A stretch of DNA of 32,000 nt. Origin: Candidatus Thorarchaeota archaeon. GTDB taxonomy: Archaea > Asgardarchaeota > Heimdallarchaeia > Hodarchaeales > Hodarchaeaceae. Below are positions 8,867 to 19,030 of this stretch, piece by piece (the stretch's first letter is position 1; the number at the start of each line of letters is the position of its first letter). The notes under the pieces were generated by a model that did no database searches, was not told the DNA's origin, and worked only from the letters and a program-made list of their open reading frames with translations. The stretch covers positions 360,001 to 392,000 of the forward strand of contig JBHLRO010000002.1 of NCBI GenBank assembly GCA_048882505.1. Reading direction: 5' to 3'. The translations under genes were made by a program, and so were the position numbers.

Positions 8867-9817
8867 ATGACGAAAATTGTAGAACTATTGGAAATAAAGA
8901 AAATTCTTGAAACTCTCGATCCAATTCCGTTAATCGAAGAAGGTTTTATTGCATATTCAGAGGGGAAAGCAATCATACCACCAGTAGGGGAGATGATCTT
9001 TGAAAATCCACCGGGAGATTGTCATATAAAGTATGGCTACATTAAAGGCGATGATTTTTACGTAATTAAAATCGCTCAAGGTTTTTATGACAATCCAAAG
9101 ATTGGTTTGCCTTCTATCAACGGACTTAACTTGTTATTTAACCAAAAAAACGGACAGATCGAGTGTATATTACTTGATGAAGGACATTTGACCAATGTTA
9201 GAACTGCAGCTGCTGGTGCAGTCGTAGCGAAGTATCTAGCCCCAAAGAAGGTCAATAGGATCGGCATCTTTGGGACTGGAATCCAAGGTAAAATGCAATT
9301 GCGTTATCTGAAAACAGTCATAGATTGCCAGGAAGTTATTGTTTGGGGAAGAAGCCAAGACAGTGTTGCTAAATACATGAAGGACATGAAAGAATCAGGT
9401 TTTGCGATAGAAACTACCTTAAAGTCCGAAGACGTTACAAACACATGCAATCTGATTGTCACATGTACTCCGTCTAAAATACCCTTGATTAAAGCTAGCC
9501 AAGTACGAAAAGGAACTCATATTACCGCGATAGGATCAGATACCCCGGAAAAACAGGAATTAGATGTAGAGATTCTGGGATTAGCAGATCGGGTGGTTTC
9601 GGACAGTTTATTTCAGGCAGAATCACGTGGGGAATGTTATCGAGCAATGAAACAAAATGCCATCATCAAGAACGATATAATAGAGCTTGGGAAAATGATA
9701 ACAAACAAAGAGTTACAAAGACAATCGGATGATGAAATTACGGTCGCAGATTTAACAGGGGTCGCCATTCAGGACATACAAATATCAAAAGCTGTGTTCT
9801 CGAAATTGAATCCATAG
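8867..9817 (+). CDS. Ornithine cyclodeaminase / mu-crystallin family protein
   Basis: Motifs LTNVRTAAAGAV, IFGTGIQG, HITAIGSD and ADLTGVAIQDI. Confidence 0.9.
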   Translation: MTKIVELLEIKKILETLDPIPLIEEGFIAYSEGKAIIPPVGEMIFENPPGDCHIKYGYIKGDDFYVIKIAQGFYDNPKIGLPSINGLNLLFNQKNGQIECILLDEGHLTNVRTAAAGAVVAKYLAPKKVNRIGIFGTGIQGKMQLRYLKTVIDCQEVIVWGRSQDSVAKYMKDMKESGFAIETTLKSEDVTNTCNLIVTCTPSKIPLIKASQVRKGTHITAIGSDTPEKQELDVEILGLADRVVSDSLFQAESRGECYRAMKQNAIIKNDIIELGKMITNKELQRQSDDEITVADLTGVAIQDIQISKAVFSKLNP

Positions 9818-9842
9818 ATTGATAATATTGTGAGGGATACCA

Positions 9843-10961
9843 GTGAAAATTGAAACCTTTGAACTTGAACGAGAACAATCAATTTGGGAAAACAAAGTCA
9901 AATATAACCTAACTGAGAGTGGAATCCATCCCTATACACTCTCCGAATTACTAGAAAAGGAGGAAATTGACGAATTACTTTCAATTCGTCTAGGTTATGG
10001 TCAAACAAATGGATCTATTGAGCTTCGGGATAGAATTAGTCATCTGTATCCTGGTACAGATCGAAACAATGTCTTGGTGACAAATGGTTCAGCAGAAGCA
10101 AATTTCATCTGTATCTGGAGCCTCTTGGAACCTAATGACGAAATAATCCTTATGCTCCCCAATTATATGCAGATATGGGGGCTGGCAAGAAGCTTTGGAG
10201 TAAATATAGTCCCATTCCATTTGAGAGAGGATCTAAACTGGCAACCTGACCTTCATGAGCTAGCTACGAAAGCTAACTCCAATACAAAAATGATTGTGGT
10301 ATGCAATCCGAATAATCCTACTGGATCAGTTCTAAGTAACGAGGCCATGAAAAAAATCGTGAATTTGGCGAAAAAAACCAATGCTTGGATATATGCAGAT
10401 GAAATATATCGCGGCGCCGAATTATCGGGTAAAGAAACACCTAGTTTTTGGGGTCGATATGAAAAGGTTATAATCTGCTGTGGCATGTCGAAATCTTATG
10501 CTCTCCCTGGTCTAAGAATCGGGTGGCTTGTCGGCCCTAAATCTTTCATTGATAGAGCATGGTCCTACTCTGATTACACAACCATCTCAACTGGAATTCT
10601 TAGCAACAGAATTGCTGCATTGGCTTTGCAACCCGAGCGTAGGAAACGGATTCTAACCAGAAATCGCAACTATTTGCGAAATAATTTGGCCATTCTAACT
10701 AAATGGATTGAAAAGCACCAAAATTTTTTCAGCTTCATTCCTCCTCAAGCAGGGGGCATGGTTTTTTTACGCTATGACATGGATATTAATTCCACTGAAT
10801 TTGTTACTAAACTTCGTGAACTGAAAAGTGTTTTTATTGTTGCTGGAGACTGTTTTGGCATGGATAAATACATTAGGATCGGAATTGGATCAAAAAAAGA
10901 TTTTCTGGAAACAGGATTGGATCTCATCAGTGAATTCCTTCGGGATACCTCGATGGTATAA
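9843..10961 (+). CDS. PLP-dependent aminotransferase, class I/II
   Basis: Motifs VCNPNNPTG, ADEIY and GMSKSYALPGLRIGW (PLP lysine). Confidence 0.9.
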   Translation: MKIETFELEREQSIWENKVKYNLTESGIHPYTLSELLEKEEIDELLSIRLGYGQTNGSIELRDRISHLYPGTDRNNVLVTNGSAEANFICIWSLLEPNDEIILMLPNYMQIWGLARSFGVNIVPFHLREDLNWQPDLHELATKANSNTKMIVVCNPNNPTGSVLSNEAMKKIVNLAKKTNAWIYADEIYRGAELSGKETPSFWGRYEKVIICCGMSKSYALPGLRIGWLVGPKSFIDRAWSYSDYTTISTGILSNRIAALALQPERRKRILTRNRNYLRNNLAILTKWIEKHQNFFSFIPPQAGGMVFLRYDMDINSTEFVTKLRELKSVFIVAGDCFGMDKYIRIGIGSKKDFLETGLDLISEFLRDTSMV

Positions 10962-11081
10962 TGGAGAAGTATCTTAGCTAGAACCTAGGATACAATGTTG
11001 AGGTCAAATACTCAAACCTATCCCAAAATTAATAATTTTCCCAATTTTTCAGGCAGTAATTATTCTTGAGAGCAAAAATAG

Positions 11082-11975
11082 ATGAAAACGGATTCCCTTA
11101 ATACAGCCGGTGAAAAAGGCCAGCGATCGCTACTCACTACGCTATATAGTCTCTTGATAATGGGTCGCCCGGCCGATGGCGCAATAATTGGAGGGACAGT
11201 GGTGCTTGGGATGATCGCTGGAACCCTAGCATTACCCGCATTTGAACATATGATTTTGGGGTTCTTTGGTGGCGTACTATTGCTTGCGAGTATGGATACG
11301 TTCAATGATTATCGTGATCTCGAAATTGATAAGATTTCAAAACCATGGCGTCCCTTGCCACAAGGATTGGTAGAACCTCGAACTGCCTTATTAACAGCGA
11401 TTATTGAAGCTACTGTGGCTTTAACCATTGGGATCGTAGGGGGTTTTCAGGTGGTTTTGGTGGCGATTTCAGTTGTTATATTGGCAGTATTATATTCAAG
11501 ATGGTTGAAATCCTACTTTATTGCAAAAAACATCATCGTCGCTTTAAGCCTATCCATGGCTTCCATGGCCGGGTACGTTGCAGTAGCTCGGGATTTTTCC
11601 CTGACTTTCCTCTGGCTTGAAGTGTTAATCTTTTGGAGTGCACTGGTCTTCGAAATCCATAAAGACCTTGGAGACATTGAAGGAGATCTCAATTACGGAG
11701 TACAAACCCTCCCAACCCGTTTGGGAGTTTTGACAACGGTTAATCTCCTCTCGATTGGATACTTAATGGCATGGATTCTGGCGACGTCATTTTTCCTGCT
11801 CATGAAATGGGATCTGATTTATTTTGTGATTTTACTTGTCACAGGATTAGCTCTGACAATTGCCGTGATTCTGTTATTCAGAGACACACAAAATAATGTT
11901 GAAAAAACTCGTCGATTGACTACTGCTGTAATGGGACTAGTGTTGGTTGGATTGGGGAGGTTGTTCATTCTCTAG
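11082..11975 (+). CDS. UbiA-family prenyltransferase, digeranylgeranylglyceryl-phosphate synthase-like
   Basis: Aspartate-rich motifs FNDYRDLEIDKISKPWRP and KDLGDIEGD, TLPTRLG, and multiple TM helices. Confidence 0.8.
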   Translation: MKTDSLNTAGEKGQRSLLTTLYSLLIMGRPADGAIIGGTVVLGMIAGTLALPAFEHMILGFFGGVLLLASMDTFNDYRDLEIDKISKPWRPLPQGLVEPRTALLTAIIEATVALTIGIVGGFQVVLVAISVVILAVLYSRWLKSYFIAKNIIVALSLSMASMAGYVAVARDFSLTFLWLEVLIFWSALVFEIHKDLGDIEGDLNYGVQTLPTRLGVLTTVNLLSIGYLMAWILATSFFLLMKWDLIYFVILLVTGLALTIAVILLFRDTQNNVEKTRRLTTAVMGLVLVGLGRLFIL

Positions 11976-12128
11976 AAGTCGATAACCTGAATACGGACCC
12001 AAGTATTCCATCAAGCCTAGACTTTTAAATCGTGTATTCATGAAGAAAATCGCCTTATGAGAGTTTAGAAAATCCATAAGAGCGATTTACGATTCTAAAT
12101 TAAACATCAAAATGAGAAGGTTATTCCA

Positions 12129-13109
12129 TTGACATCTAAAAGAAATCCTATAATTCGCGATTTAACCATTGACGATGAATTTGAGGTGATTAATGCCCAG
12201 GCTTCCGTCAAAGAGGCGGCAGCTAAGATGAAAGAAGGAGGAATTCCTGATCTTGTGGTTATTGACGATAATGATCAGATATTAGGAGTTATTGCTGATT
12301 TCGATATTGTTACAAATATTGTTGCTGAAGGACTATCAACGGAAACTGCAAAGGTCACTGAGGTGATGTATACGATAGAGAGTGTTAACTTGGACACTCC
12401 TGTGGAAACCGCGTTCACTAGAATGCGCGATCTTGATGTGTCAGTTATTCCAGTCATTGATCAGGACAAGCTTGCTGGAGTTGCCACGATTACTGATTGT
12501 TGGGGGATGCTTCCCGAGAAATATGAAGACCAGCGGGGTTTAATAGCGATCAGTAATCCTCGATTCGCTAATTATGCATTTTCGACGTTTTTTACATTCT
12601 TGTACTTTTTGCTTGGAATTGTTGGGCCTCTGGTTGGTATGGTGGGATTCCTCAAGGCACCAATTGCAGGCTCTGCGGTTTATACCGCAACCTATTATCT
12701 ATTCGAGGCCCGCGGAGGTGGATTTTGGATTCGCTATTGGGAATTTACAGGCGATTTCAGCCTTCTATGGCTGGGACTAGCTCTATATGGTGTTATATTC
12801 TTGGTTTTGGGTTTACTTGGTGCTTTTCTTGTTTATTATTGGGCGCAAGCTGATTATAACCTTGTTAAAACGGGTCGGAATTGGGGATCAATAGGGTTAT
12901 TAATTGGTGTTATCAACATAGTCATTGAATGGATTCTATTCTTCATTATTATGTCCCTCGGAGCCCTACGTGTACCTGGAAGTCAAATCACCTTTGATGT
13001 CCTGGGACTTATTGTGAGTGTACTGGCAATCGTGTTTTTAGTACTGGCCGTATCTCGTGACCTAATATTCCGAGATAGAATGAGCGCTGAAAGCGCCGAG
13101 GGGGCCTAA
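12129..13109 (+). CDS. CBS-domain pair fused to a four-helix membrane domain
   Basis: N-terminal CBS repeats (ASVKEAAAKMKE...LVVID..LGVIADFDI; TPVETAFTRM...IPVID..LAGVATITD), followed by four hydrophobic segments. Confidence 0.75.
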   Translation: MTSKRNPIIRDLTIDDEFEVINAQASVKEAAAKMKEGGIPDLVVIDDNDQILGVIADFDIVTNIVAEGLSTETAKVTEVMYTIESVNLDTPVETAFTRMRDLDVSVIPVIDQDKLAGVATITDCWGMLPEKYEDQRGLIAISNPRFANYAFSTFFTFLYFLLGIVGPLVGMVGFLKAPIAGSAVYTATYYLFEARGGGFWIRYWEFTGDFSLLWLGLALYGVIFLVLGLLGAFLVYYWAQADYNLVKTGRNWGSIGLLIGVINIVIEWILFFIIMSLGALRVPGSQITFDVLGLIVSVLAIVFLVLAVSRDLIFRDRMSAESAEGA

Positions 13110-13112
13110 GTA

Positions 13113-14780
13113 GTGCCTCGTGGTGGTGGTGGGTTTCGTGGGGGGGGCTTTGGCGGGGGTGGTTTTCGAGGTGGAGGCTTCCGCGGCGGCGGAAGGAGTT
13201 TTCGTGTAGGACGTGTCCGATCTTCAGGACGGCCCTTTGGGAGAACTGGGTCAAGACGCACAGTTTCCCGAGCGCCTCGTTCGTCTGGTTATGGTCGTCA
13301 TCGTCGTTATGGAGGTCGTTATTGGGGCCCCTACTATCGGCCTTGGTGGCGTCGATGGTGGTACTGGAATTGGTGGTGGGGCTATCCATATCGTCCTTGG
13401 TATCGTGCCCCAGTTTATTGGGGTGGGGGGTTTGTTCTAGCGATAGTAGTTCTGCTGATCATCCTCCCTGCATTTATCTTTATCCCTTTCCCATTTAGTA
13501 ATGCATCAACAGAGGGAACTGTAACCTATAGAGATACGCAAACTCTCTATTATAACGAGTATTGGTACGAGAGCGAACATATCGGTGCGGGACGCTCGAT
13601 AGACTATCGTGTCGAGGCCCAGAGTCAGGTAACCTTCGCAATTTGGGATCAACCCTTTGAAGCTCTTCCTACCACAACCCTGAGCGGTTCCTACTCAGAA
13701 GAAGATATGGTCGTCCAGGGAAATCACGATTATCAGTACATCGGTTATTTCCTACGACCAGGTTCGGAGTTAGGTTACAATTTTACCGTCACGGGTGGGG
13801 CCATAGAGTTTTTCATCGCTGACGCAAACGACCTGAACCGCTGGAACAATTGGGAGACCAATATTCCGGAAGTGCAATACATTGGTTCTGACGGGGATTC
13901 TGGAACTTTTAATGTAGACTACGCGCAGGATTGGTATCTTGTCTGGTATAACAATGGTTCTACCTCAGTCTCGGTAGATTTTACTGTTGATTATGTTGCG
14001 GTTGGAGCCCCCGATTTTTCCGCCACGGATGTCCATATAGAAAACGTTGTTGACCCCGTAAGCGGTACTTTCACTACAACCAATGAAGGTGATTGGTTCT
14101 TTTTCATTTACCTTGATCCTTTTGTAAATCCAGAGGAAGCTGTTGATATAACTTTTGATGTCTCATACGAGACTGGAATAACTTCCAGCCAGCGCTGGGC
14201 CGATTTCAGTCCCGTTTTAATGTTTATAGGTCTTATTATAGTTATAGTTCTTGTAATCGCGATAATTCAGCGTGTTACTGGAAAAAAAGAACCAGAAGTT
14301 AGTGCAACCGCCTCCACGACTCCAACAGAGACACCCTCTGTCACAACAGCGCCTACAACTGCTGCTCGAACCACTGAAGGGCAATGTCATCGCTGTAATT
14401 TTCGTTATAAGCCTGGTGATGTTTATTGCAAAAACTGTGGGGCTAAGCTATATGGTCGGGATTACGGAGTAGCCAAAGTTAGCACGCCTGCATCAGCAAA
14501 AAACTGTCGGAGTTGTGGGGCGGATCTCAAACCAGGAAGTAGGTATTGTAAGAACTGCGGAGCCAAAGTCGAACAGCCAGCCTCTTCCGTTGAATTTGCC
14601 CCTAAAGAACGGAAAACATTCTTCTGTCAATTGGACAATGAAAAGCATCCGGCAACAGATTCAGGTTATGAATGTGAGCAATGCTCACGCATGATTTGCG
14701 CGACTTGCTATACTAATATGTCCCAAACGGGGATTACTGCGTGCCCTTACTGTAAGGGAAATTTGGTCAAGGTGCAATAG
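13113..14780 (+). CDS. Two-TM membrane protein with N-terminal RGG/FRGG tail, extracytoplasmic beta domain, double zinc ribbon and C-terminal zinc finger
   Basis: Begins MPRGGGGFRGGGFGGGGFRGGGFRGGG. TM1 FVLAIVVLLIILPAFIFIPF, TM2 VLMFIGLIIVIVLVIAII. CHRC/CKNC and CRSC/CKNC ribbons, then CQLD..H..CEQC..CATC..CPYC. Confidence 0.75.
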   Translation: MPRGGGGFRGGGFGGGGFRGGGFRGGGRSFRVGRVRSSGRPFGRTGSRRTVSRAPRSSGYGRHRRYGGRYWGPYYRPWWRRWWYWNWWWGYPYRPWYRAPVYWGGGFVLAIVVLLIILPAFIFIPFPFSNASTEGTVTYRDTQTLYYNEYWYESEHIGAGRSIDYRVEAQSQVTFAIWDQPFEALPTTTLSGSYSEEDMVVQGNHDYQYIGYFLRPGSELGYNFTVTGGAIEFFIADANDLNRWNNWETNIPEVQYIGSDGDSGTFNVDYAQDWYLVWYNNGSTSVSVDFTVDYVAVGAPDFSATDVHIENVVDPVSGTFTTTNEGDWFFFIYLDPFVNPEEAVDITFDVSYETGITSSQRWADFSPVLMFIGLIIVIVLVIAIIQRVTGKKEPEVSATASTTPTETPSVTTAPTTAARTTEGQCHRCNFRYKPGDVYCKNCGAKLYGRDYGVAKVSTPASAKNCRSCGADLKPGSRYCKNCGAKVEQPASSVEFAPKERKTFFCQLDNEKHPATDSGYECEQCSRMICATCYTNMSQTGITACPYCKGNLVKVQ

Positions 14781-14812
14781 CTAGTATCCCCCTCTCCCTT
14801 TTTACGGGGTTT

Positions 14813-15556
14813 TCATGGCTTTAAAGTAAGTAAAGGTATGATCAGTTTCCTTCGGTATGTTTCCAAATATTCTAAAAATCTTGGGTCTCCGTACAAGTTC
14901 CGTTCAATAATTACTGGGAGAAATTGTTCCACCATTTTAATTCCCTGCTCTAATGATTCAAAACTTAGAAGAATATCCATTCCATAGGATGTCACTAGGC
15001 ACGGAAATGCTCCGAGTCTTCGAAGCAGATTTTGATCCTGAGTTTCTGTCTCTGTCAAAGTATGTGCTACGATATATTCGCCTTTTGTCCTTGAACTAAG
15101 GCCCTTTGCTATAGGACTAGTAAACCAAACAATCCAGGAGGGGCGGTGCATTACTCTCCATTCAAGAATACGGGTGATCGGAGTATCTATATCTGTAATC
15201 GGGAGGACTTGGAAATAAGCGACGGATTCCAGGGCTCCTTTATCCTTTCCATAATGATCAGTGATTTTTACCCTCAAGACCACAGTATCACCGTAAATAA
15301 GATGTCCCTGATCCTGCCTTTGACGTTTACGACACTCTAGGGATTTAGCGACTTTCGATTCGCCATCTTTGATACCAGCTTCTCTTCTAACAATCTCGTC
15401 GACGTGGTGGAAGAACGAAATCTCGTCTAGGGTCGGCGTACGTGGTCTATCTAGTTCCCTCCATTTTTCGAGCATCCACTGAACGCGTTTTTCGATGATT
15501 ACACTAAGTTCGGAGTCAAGTTCCATTGATATGGAGATATCCTCAGGACTATTCAA
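14813..15556 (-). CDS. Hypothetical protein, 247 aa
   Basis: Long ORF starting 5 nt after the 2-hydroxyacid dehydrogenase stop on the same strand. No motif recognised. Confidence 0.6.
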   Translation of the reverse strand: MNSPEDISISMELDSELSVIIEKRVQWMLEKWRELDRPRTPTLDEISFFHHVDEIVRREAGIKDGESKVAKSLECRKRQRQDQGHLIYGDTVVLRVKITDHYGKDKGALESVAYFQVLPITDIDTPITRILEWRVMHRPSWIVWFTSPIAKGLSSRTKGEYIVAHTLTETETQDQNLLRRLGAFPCLVTSYGMDILLSFESLEQGIKMVEQFLPVIIERNLYGDPRFLEYLETYRRKLIIPLLTLKP

Positions 15557-15561
15557 AAGAT

Positions 15562-16542
15562 TTATTCTTCAGTTTTCAATTCGGGAACCAAATTTGGAGG
15601 TTCTTCACCTCGTACCATTGCTAAGATGTTATCTGCTACTATTTTAGCCATTGCATTTCGAGTTTTCATGGTTGCTGAACCAATGTGCGGGGTCAACACA
15701 CAATTGGGTAACTCACGGAGACCTTCTGGGATTCTAGGTTCATCATAAAACACATCAAGCCCTGCTCCTGCAATAGAATTCTCTTTTAATGCCCGAACAA
15801 GGGCTATTTCGTCCACAACTTTCCCCCTAGAAGTATTAATAAGAAAAGTCGATGGACGTATGATGTCCAGCTCCCGTGAAGAGATTAAATGATGTGTTTC
15901 CTGCGTATAAGGGACATGAAGACTAATTACGTCTGAGTTGCTAAGAATATCCTCCAAACTAGGTTGAAAAATAACCCTCAAATTATTTTCGATTTTGGAA
16001 TTTCGGTTTCTCGAGTGATATAGGATATTCATCCCGAAGCAGGTTCCACGACGTGCGACTGCTTGGCCAATTCTGCCTAGGCCAATAATACCTAAGGTTC
16101 TTCCAGATAGTTCATATCCTAACAGATAATCAGGAGCCCACCCTGTGAATGCGTCCTTTCGACAAATAGCATCGCCTTCTACTATGCGACGAGTAACAGC
16201 AAGAATTAAACCCCAAACTAGGTCAGCCGTTGCATTGGTCAAAACATCAGGAGTATTGGTCACCGAAATTCCGTATTTTCGAGCTGCGCGCATATCAATG
16301 TTGTTATAACCCACGGCATAGTTGGCTATGCCCTGAAGTCTAGGGGCACTCGCTAGTAGATCTTCTGTAATATGGACAGAGAGAAGAGATATCAGATAAT
16401 CTGCTGCTGGAAGAAAATTACGCAATTGTGGTTCTATGGGTTGATTTGGATCTAGAATTTTTACTTTCAAGGTTGTTTTTAGTTTTTTTAGACCCAGTTC
16501 GGGAATTTTATGAGTTAGAAGAACCATAGGACGTGTATTCAC
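15562..16542 (-). CDS. D-2-hydroxyacid dehydrogenase (glyoxylate reductase / D-glycerate dehydrogenase-like)
   Basis: Motifs YAVGYNNID, TNTPDVLT, GIIGLGRIG, INTSRG, AGLDVF and TPHIGSAT. Confidence 0.92.
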   Translation of the reverse strand: MNTRPMVLLTHKIPELGLKKLKTTLKVKILDPNQPIEPQLRNFLPAADYLISLLSVHITEDLLASAPRLQGIANYAVGYNNIDMRAARKYGISVTNTPDVLTNATADLVWGLILAVTRRIVEGDAICRKDAFTGWAPDYLLGYELSGRTLGIIGLGRIGQAVARRGTCFGMNILYHSRNRNSKIENNLRVIFQPSLEDILSNSDVISLHVPYTQETHHLISSRELDIIRPSTFLINTSRGKVVDEIALVRALKENSIAGAGLDVFYDEPRIPEGLRELPNCVLTPHIGSATMKTRNAMAKIVADNILAMVRGEEPPNLVPELKTEE

Positions 16543-16851
16543 TTAATATCAACTCCTGCCAGTGATTGATAAGATGCTAGCGTCAATCAAGTTTTAAATA
16601 TTGAGCGAGCCAAGAACGGGTACGCTTTATCGTTATTATATGTTTAAAAAAGATCATTCATTATCTTATTCGTATAAAAATGGAATGTAATCTTCACACG
16701 AGATCATGAGATCATAATCCAGATGTTTCCGAGAACCAAATCTTAATAAACCCAAGAATTGATTGGATTCACCACAGAATAAGTAAAAGAAGAAATCTCC
16801 TGCTTTTGTTACGATCCTATGAACAGGGAATTGTAAAGGATTGCGAATGTT

Positions 16852-18477
16852 TTGAGGAAATCCTCTAGTATGATCAAATGGTCTATCATCCTAGTTGTGT
16901 CCATTCTATTGGCTCAAGGTTTACTTCCAATAAAAGCCGGAGCTCAAGATTCTACTGATGAACGTCAAGAGGTATTAAATGAGGGATTATTTGTTGCTTT
17001 TTTGTTTCTAAGTGGAACTACCTCTCTCATATTTACCCCCTTTGTTACACTTGCATTTCTTGCGAGGAGGCCAATGAAGGAATTTACAACACTCCAAGAG
17101 ATCCCGCTCGAGGTTTCGGGGTCTATTTTTTGGTCCGGAGGTTATGGTATTTCAAAAATAGTGGGAGGAGGAATAGTCCTCGGTATTTACGCTATATTGC
17201 CTTTTTTGATCATTTCAGATATATTTCCGGTTCTGATATATTTCCTCTTAACGGGATTTCTTTTCTTTGGTGTTTATTTAATCATCAAAAGTTTAATTGA
17301 AGGTTTGTCTAATGCCCGCCTCAAAACCATTCCAATCTTTCTGCTGAGTTCAATATCCATTCTAATTGGTTTTTATGGCTTTAATGTTTTACAAAATAGG
17401 TTTGAGGGTCTTATCAATCCCAACGCGGTCGGGCCAATTATCCTTGTTCAAATTCTTTATTATTCGTTAAGTCTTGCCCCGTTTATTGGACTCATGCTCA
17501 TATATGAGGGATTGTATCGCACTCGTTGGTCACATTACAAGGAGTCAAGGCTCTTCCTTATTGATCGATCGAATATAGTGTCTTCTTCAAAAGAATATTT
17601 TCCAGAAAAAGACTTAGAACAGATTTCTCTAGATCTTCGCAAATATACAAATCAATTTGGACCTGGATCAACTGCGATTCTAAAATTAACACCAAATGAG
17701 CAATCAAAACACAAAACTCAGGCTTGGTTCGTGAGAAATGAGTCATCATACTTCAGGTTGGTCAATTCCGTCAATTATCTTTGTAACAATAACCTGCTTA
17801 AAGATTGGGAAACTAATCTTGCTGTTAAATTGATAACTGAAAAATCAGTTAACCCGCAAGTTGATCGTAACAGGGAAATATATATCAAATATCCAGAATT
17901 AGCTAAAAATCTACCATCCCGAGAAAAATTAGAAAATCATCTGAAAAGCGCTGGATTTAGCATCACCAAAGACACTGAAAAATCAATAGAGCTCATTCAT
18001 CCCAAATTCCGGAATCTATTTTCCAGAGGGTATTTACTAAATGGAGCATTTTTACTAGCTTTGTCATTAAGTTGGCTCTATTTTTTCATTAGATTCATTG
18101 GAATAGTGTCGTTTGGAGGGCTTTCTTCAATAGATCGGTTCTTAATCTATTTGGTTGTATTCTCTGCGGTTTTTGCACTCCTTTCTGTTGGTTTCACTTT
18201 AAGTCATCTGAAAAGGATTCCGATGTTGCTAAAAACGGGGTCCTTAGTGTTGAATATTTCGAAAGATGTGGTTAAGATTAGAATAAATGAACGAGAAACA
18301 ACATATCCCGCGTCAATTATTTCAGGAGCTGAATATAAGAGGGATCTTCTTTTTGGAGCAAAAATTTGTTCAGATAAGGCCGTCGGAAATTTTGCGTTGC
18401 TTTTTCTAAGCAATAAAGAGCTGGCAAAGAATCTGACACTATATCTTTCCATCGTCGAGGCTCGGTACTTTTCCTGA
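16852..18477 (+). CDS. Hypothetical multi-pass membrane protein
   Basis: 541-aa ORF with a signal-like N-terminus and about eight hydrophobic segments. No family recognised. Confidence 0.65.
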   Translation: MRKSSSMIKWSIILVVSILLAQGLLPIKAGAQDSTDERQEVLNEGLFVAFLFLSGTTSLIFTPFVTLAFLARRPMKEFTTLQEIPLEVSGSIFWSGGYGISKIVGGGIVLGIYAILPFLIISDIFPVLIYFLLTGFLFFGVYLIIKSLIEGLSNARLKTIPIFLLSSISILIGFYGFNVLQNRFEGLINPNAVGPIILVQILYYSLSLAPFIGLMLIYEGLYRTRWSHYKESRLFLIDRSNIVSSSKEYFPEKDLEQISLDLRKYTNQFGPGSTAILKLTPNEQSKHKTQAWFVRNESSYFRLVNSVNYLCNNNLLKDWETNLAVKLITEKSVNPQVDRNREIYIKYPELAKNLPSREKLENHLKSAGFSITKDTEKSIELIHPKFRNLFSRGYLLNGAFLLALSLSWLYFFIRFIGIVSFGGLSSIDRFLIYLVVFSAVFALLSVGFTLSHLKRIPMLLKTGSLVLNISKDVVKIRINERETTYPASIISGAEYKRDLLFGAKICSDKAVGNFALLFLSNKELAKNLTLYLSIVEARYFS

Positions 18478-18540
18478 AAGACGAATGGGAAAACTACCTA
18501 ATATCTTGTTTTCCGCCTGACTGTCAATCTATAAAAAACC

Positions 18541-19029
18541 CTATAGAGGAAATTCCATCTTTTCTAGACGATCAAGTGATGCTGAATATCCAGCCTCCAT
18601 TCCGCTACTAAGCATACCATCACGTGCTTCTTTGGACGAATAAATGCTATTCACGAGAATTTTTGTTCTGTTCCCGTCCAAGGCGATAAATTGAACTGTT
18701 TCTAAACATTCGCTGTTAGGAAACGGTTCATAATTGAAAGTCCAGATAATTTTGTCGAGGGGAACGATTTCTTTGAATTCTCCAAAAAAGACATACTCAT
18801 TTCCTTCAGAATCTTTTTGAACAAAACGCCATCGACCTCCCGGACGAACATCCATTTCCATAACGGTGGTTGTATATTTCGCAGGACCCCACCAATGCGG
18901 AATAGCTTTTGGGTCAGTATGAGCTAGAAACACGTATTCACGTGGAACATTAACAATGCTCTCAATTTGAATATCCAAATCTGAATTTGTGGTGATTTTT
19001 AGTTCTCTCTTTTGTTTTGCTTGTTGCAC
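18541..19029 (-). CDS. SRPBCC / AHSA1-like ligand-binding protein
   Basis: Motifs VFLAHTDP..IPHWWGP, MDVRPGGRWRF, GEFKEIVP..KIIWTF and GMEAGYSASLDRL. Directly follows the ArsR gene. Confidence 0.9.
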   Translation of the reverse strand: MQQAKQKRELKITTNSDLDIQIESIVNVPREYVFLAHTDPKAIPHWWGPAKYTTTVMEMDVRPGGRWRFVQKDSEGNEYVFFGEFKEIVPLDKIIWTFNYEPFPNSECLETVQFIALDGNRTKILVNSIYSSKEARDGMLSSGMEAGYSASLDRLEKMEFPL

Positions 19030-19030
19030 C

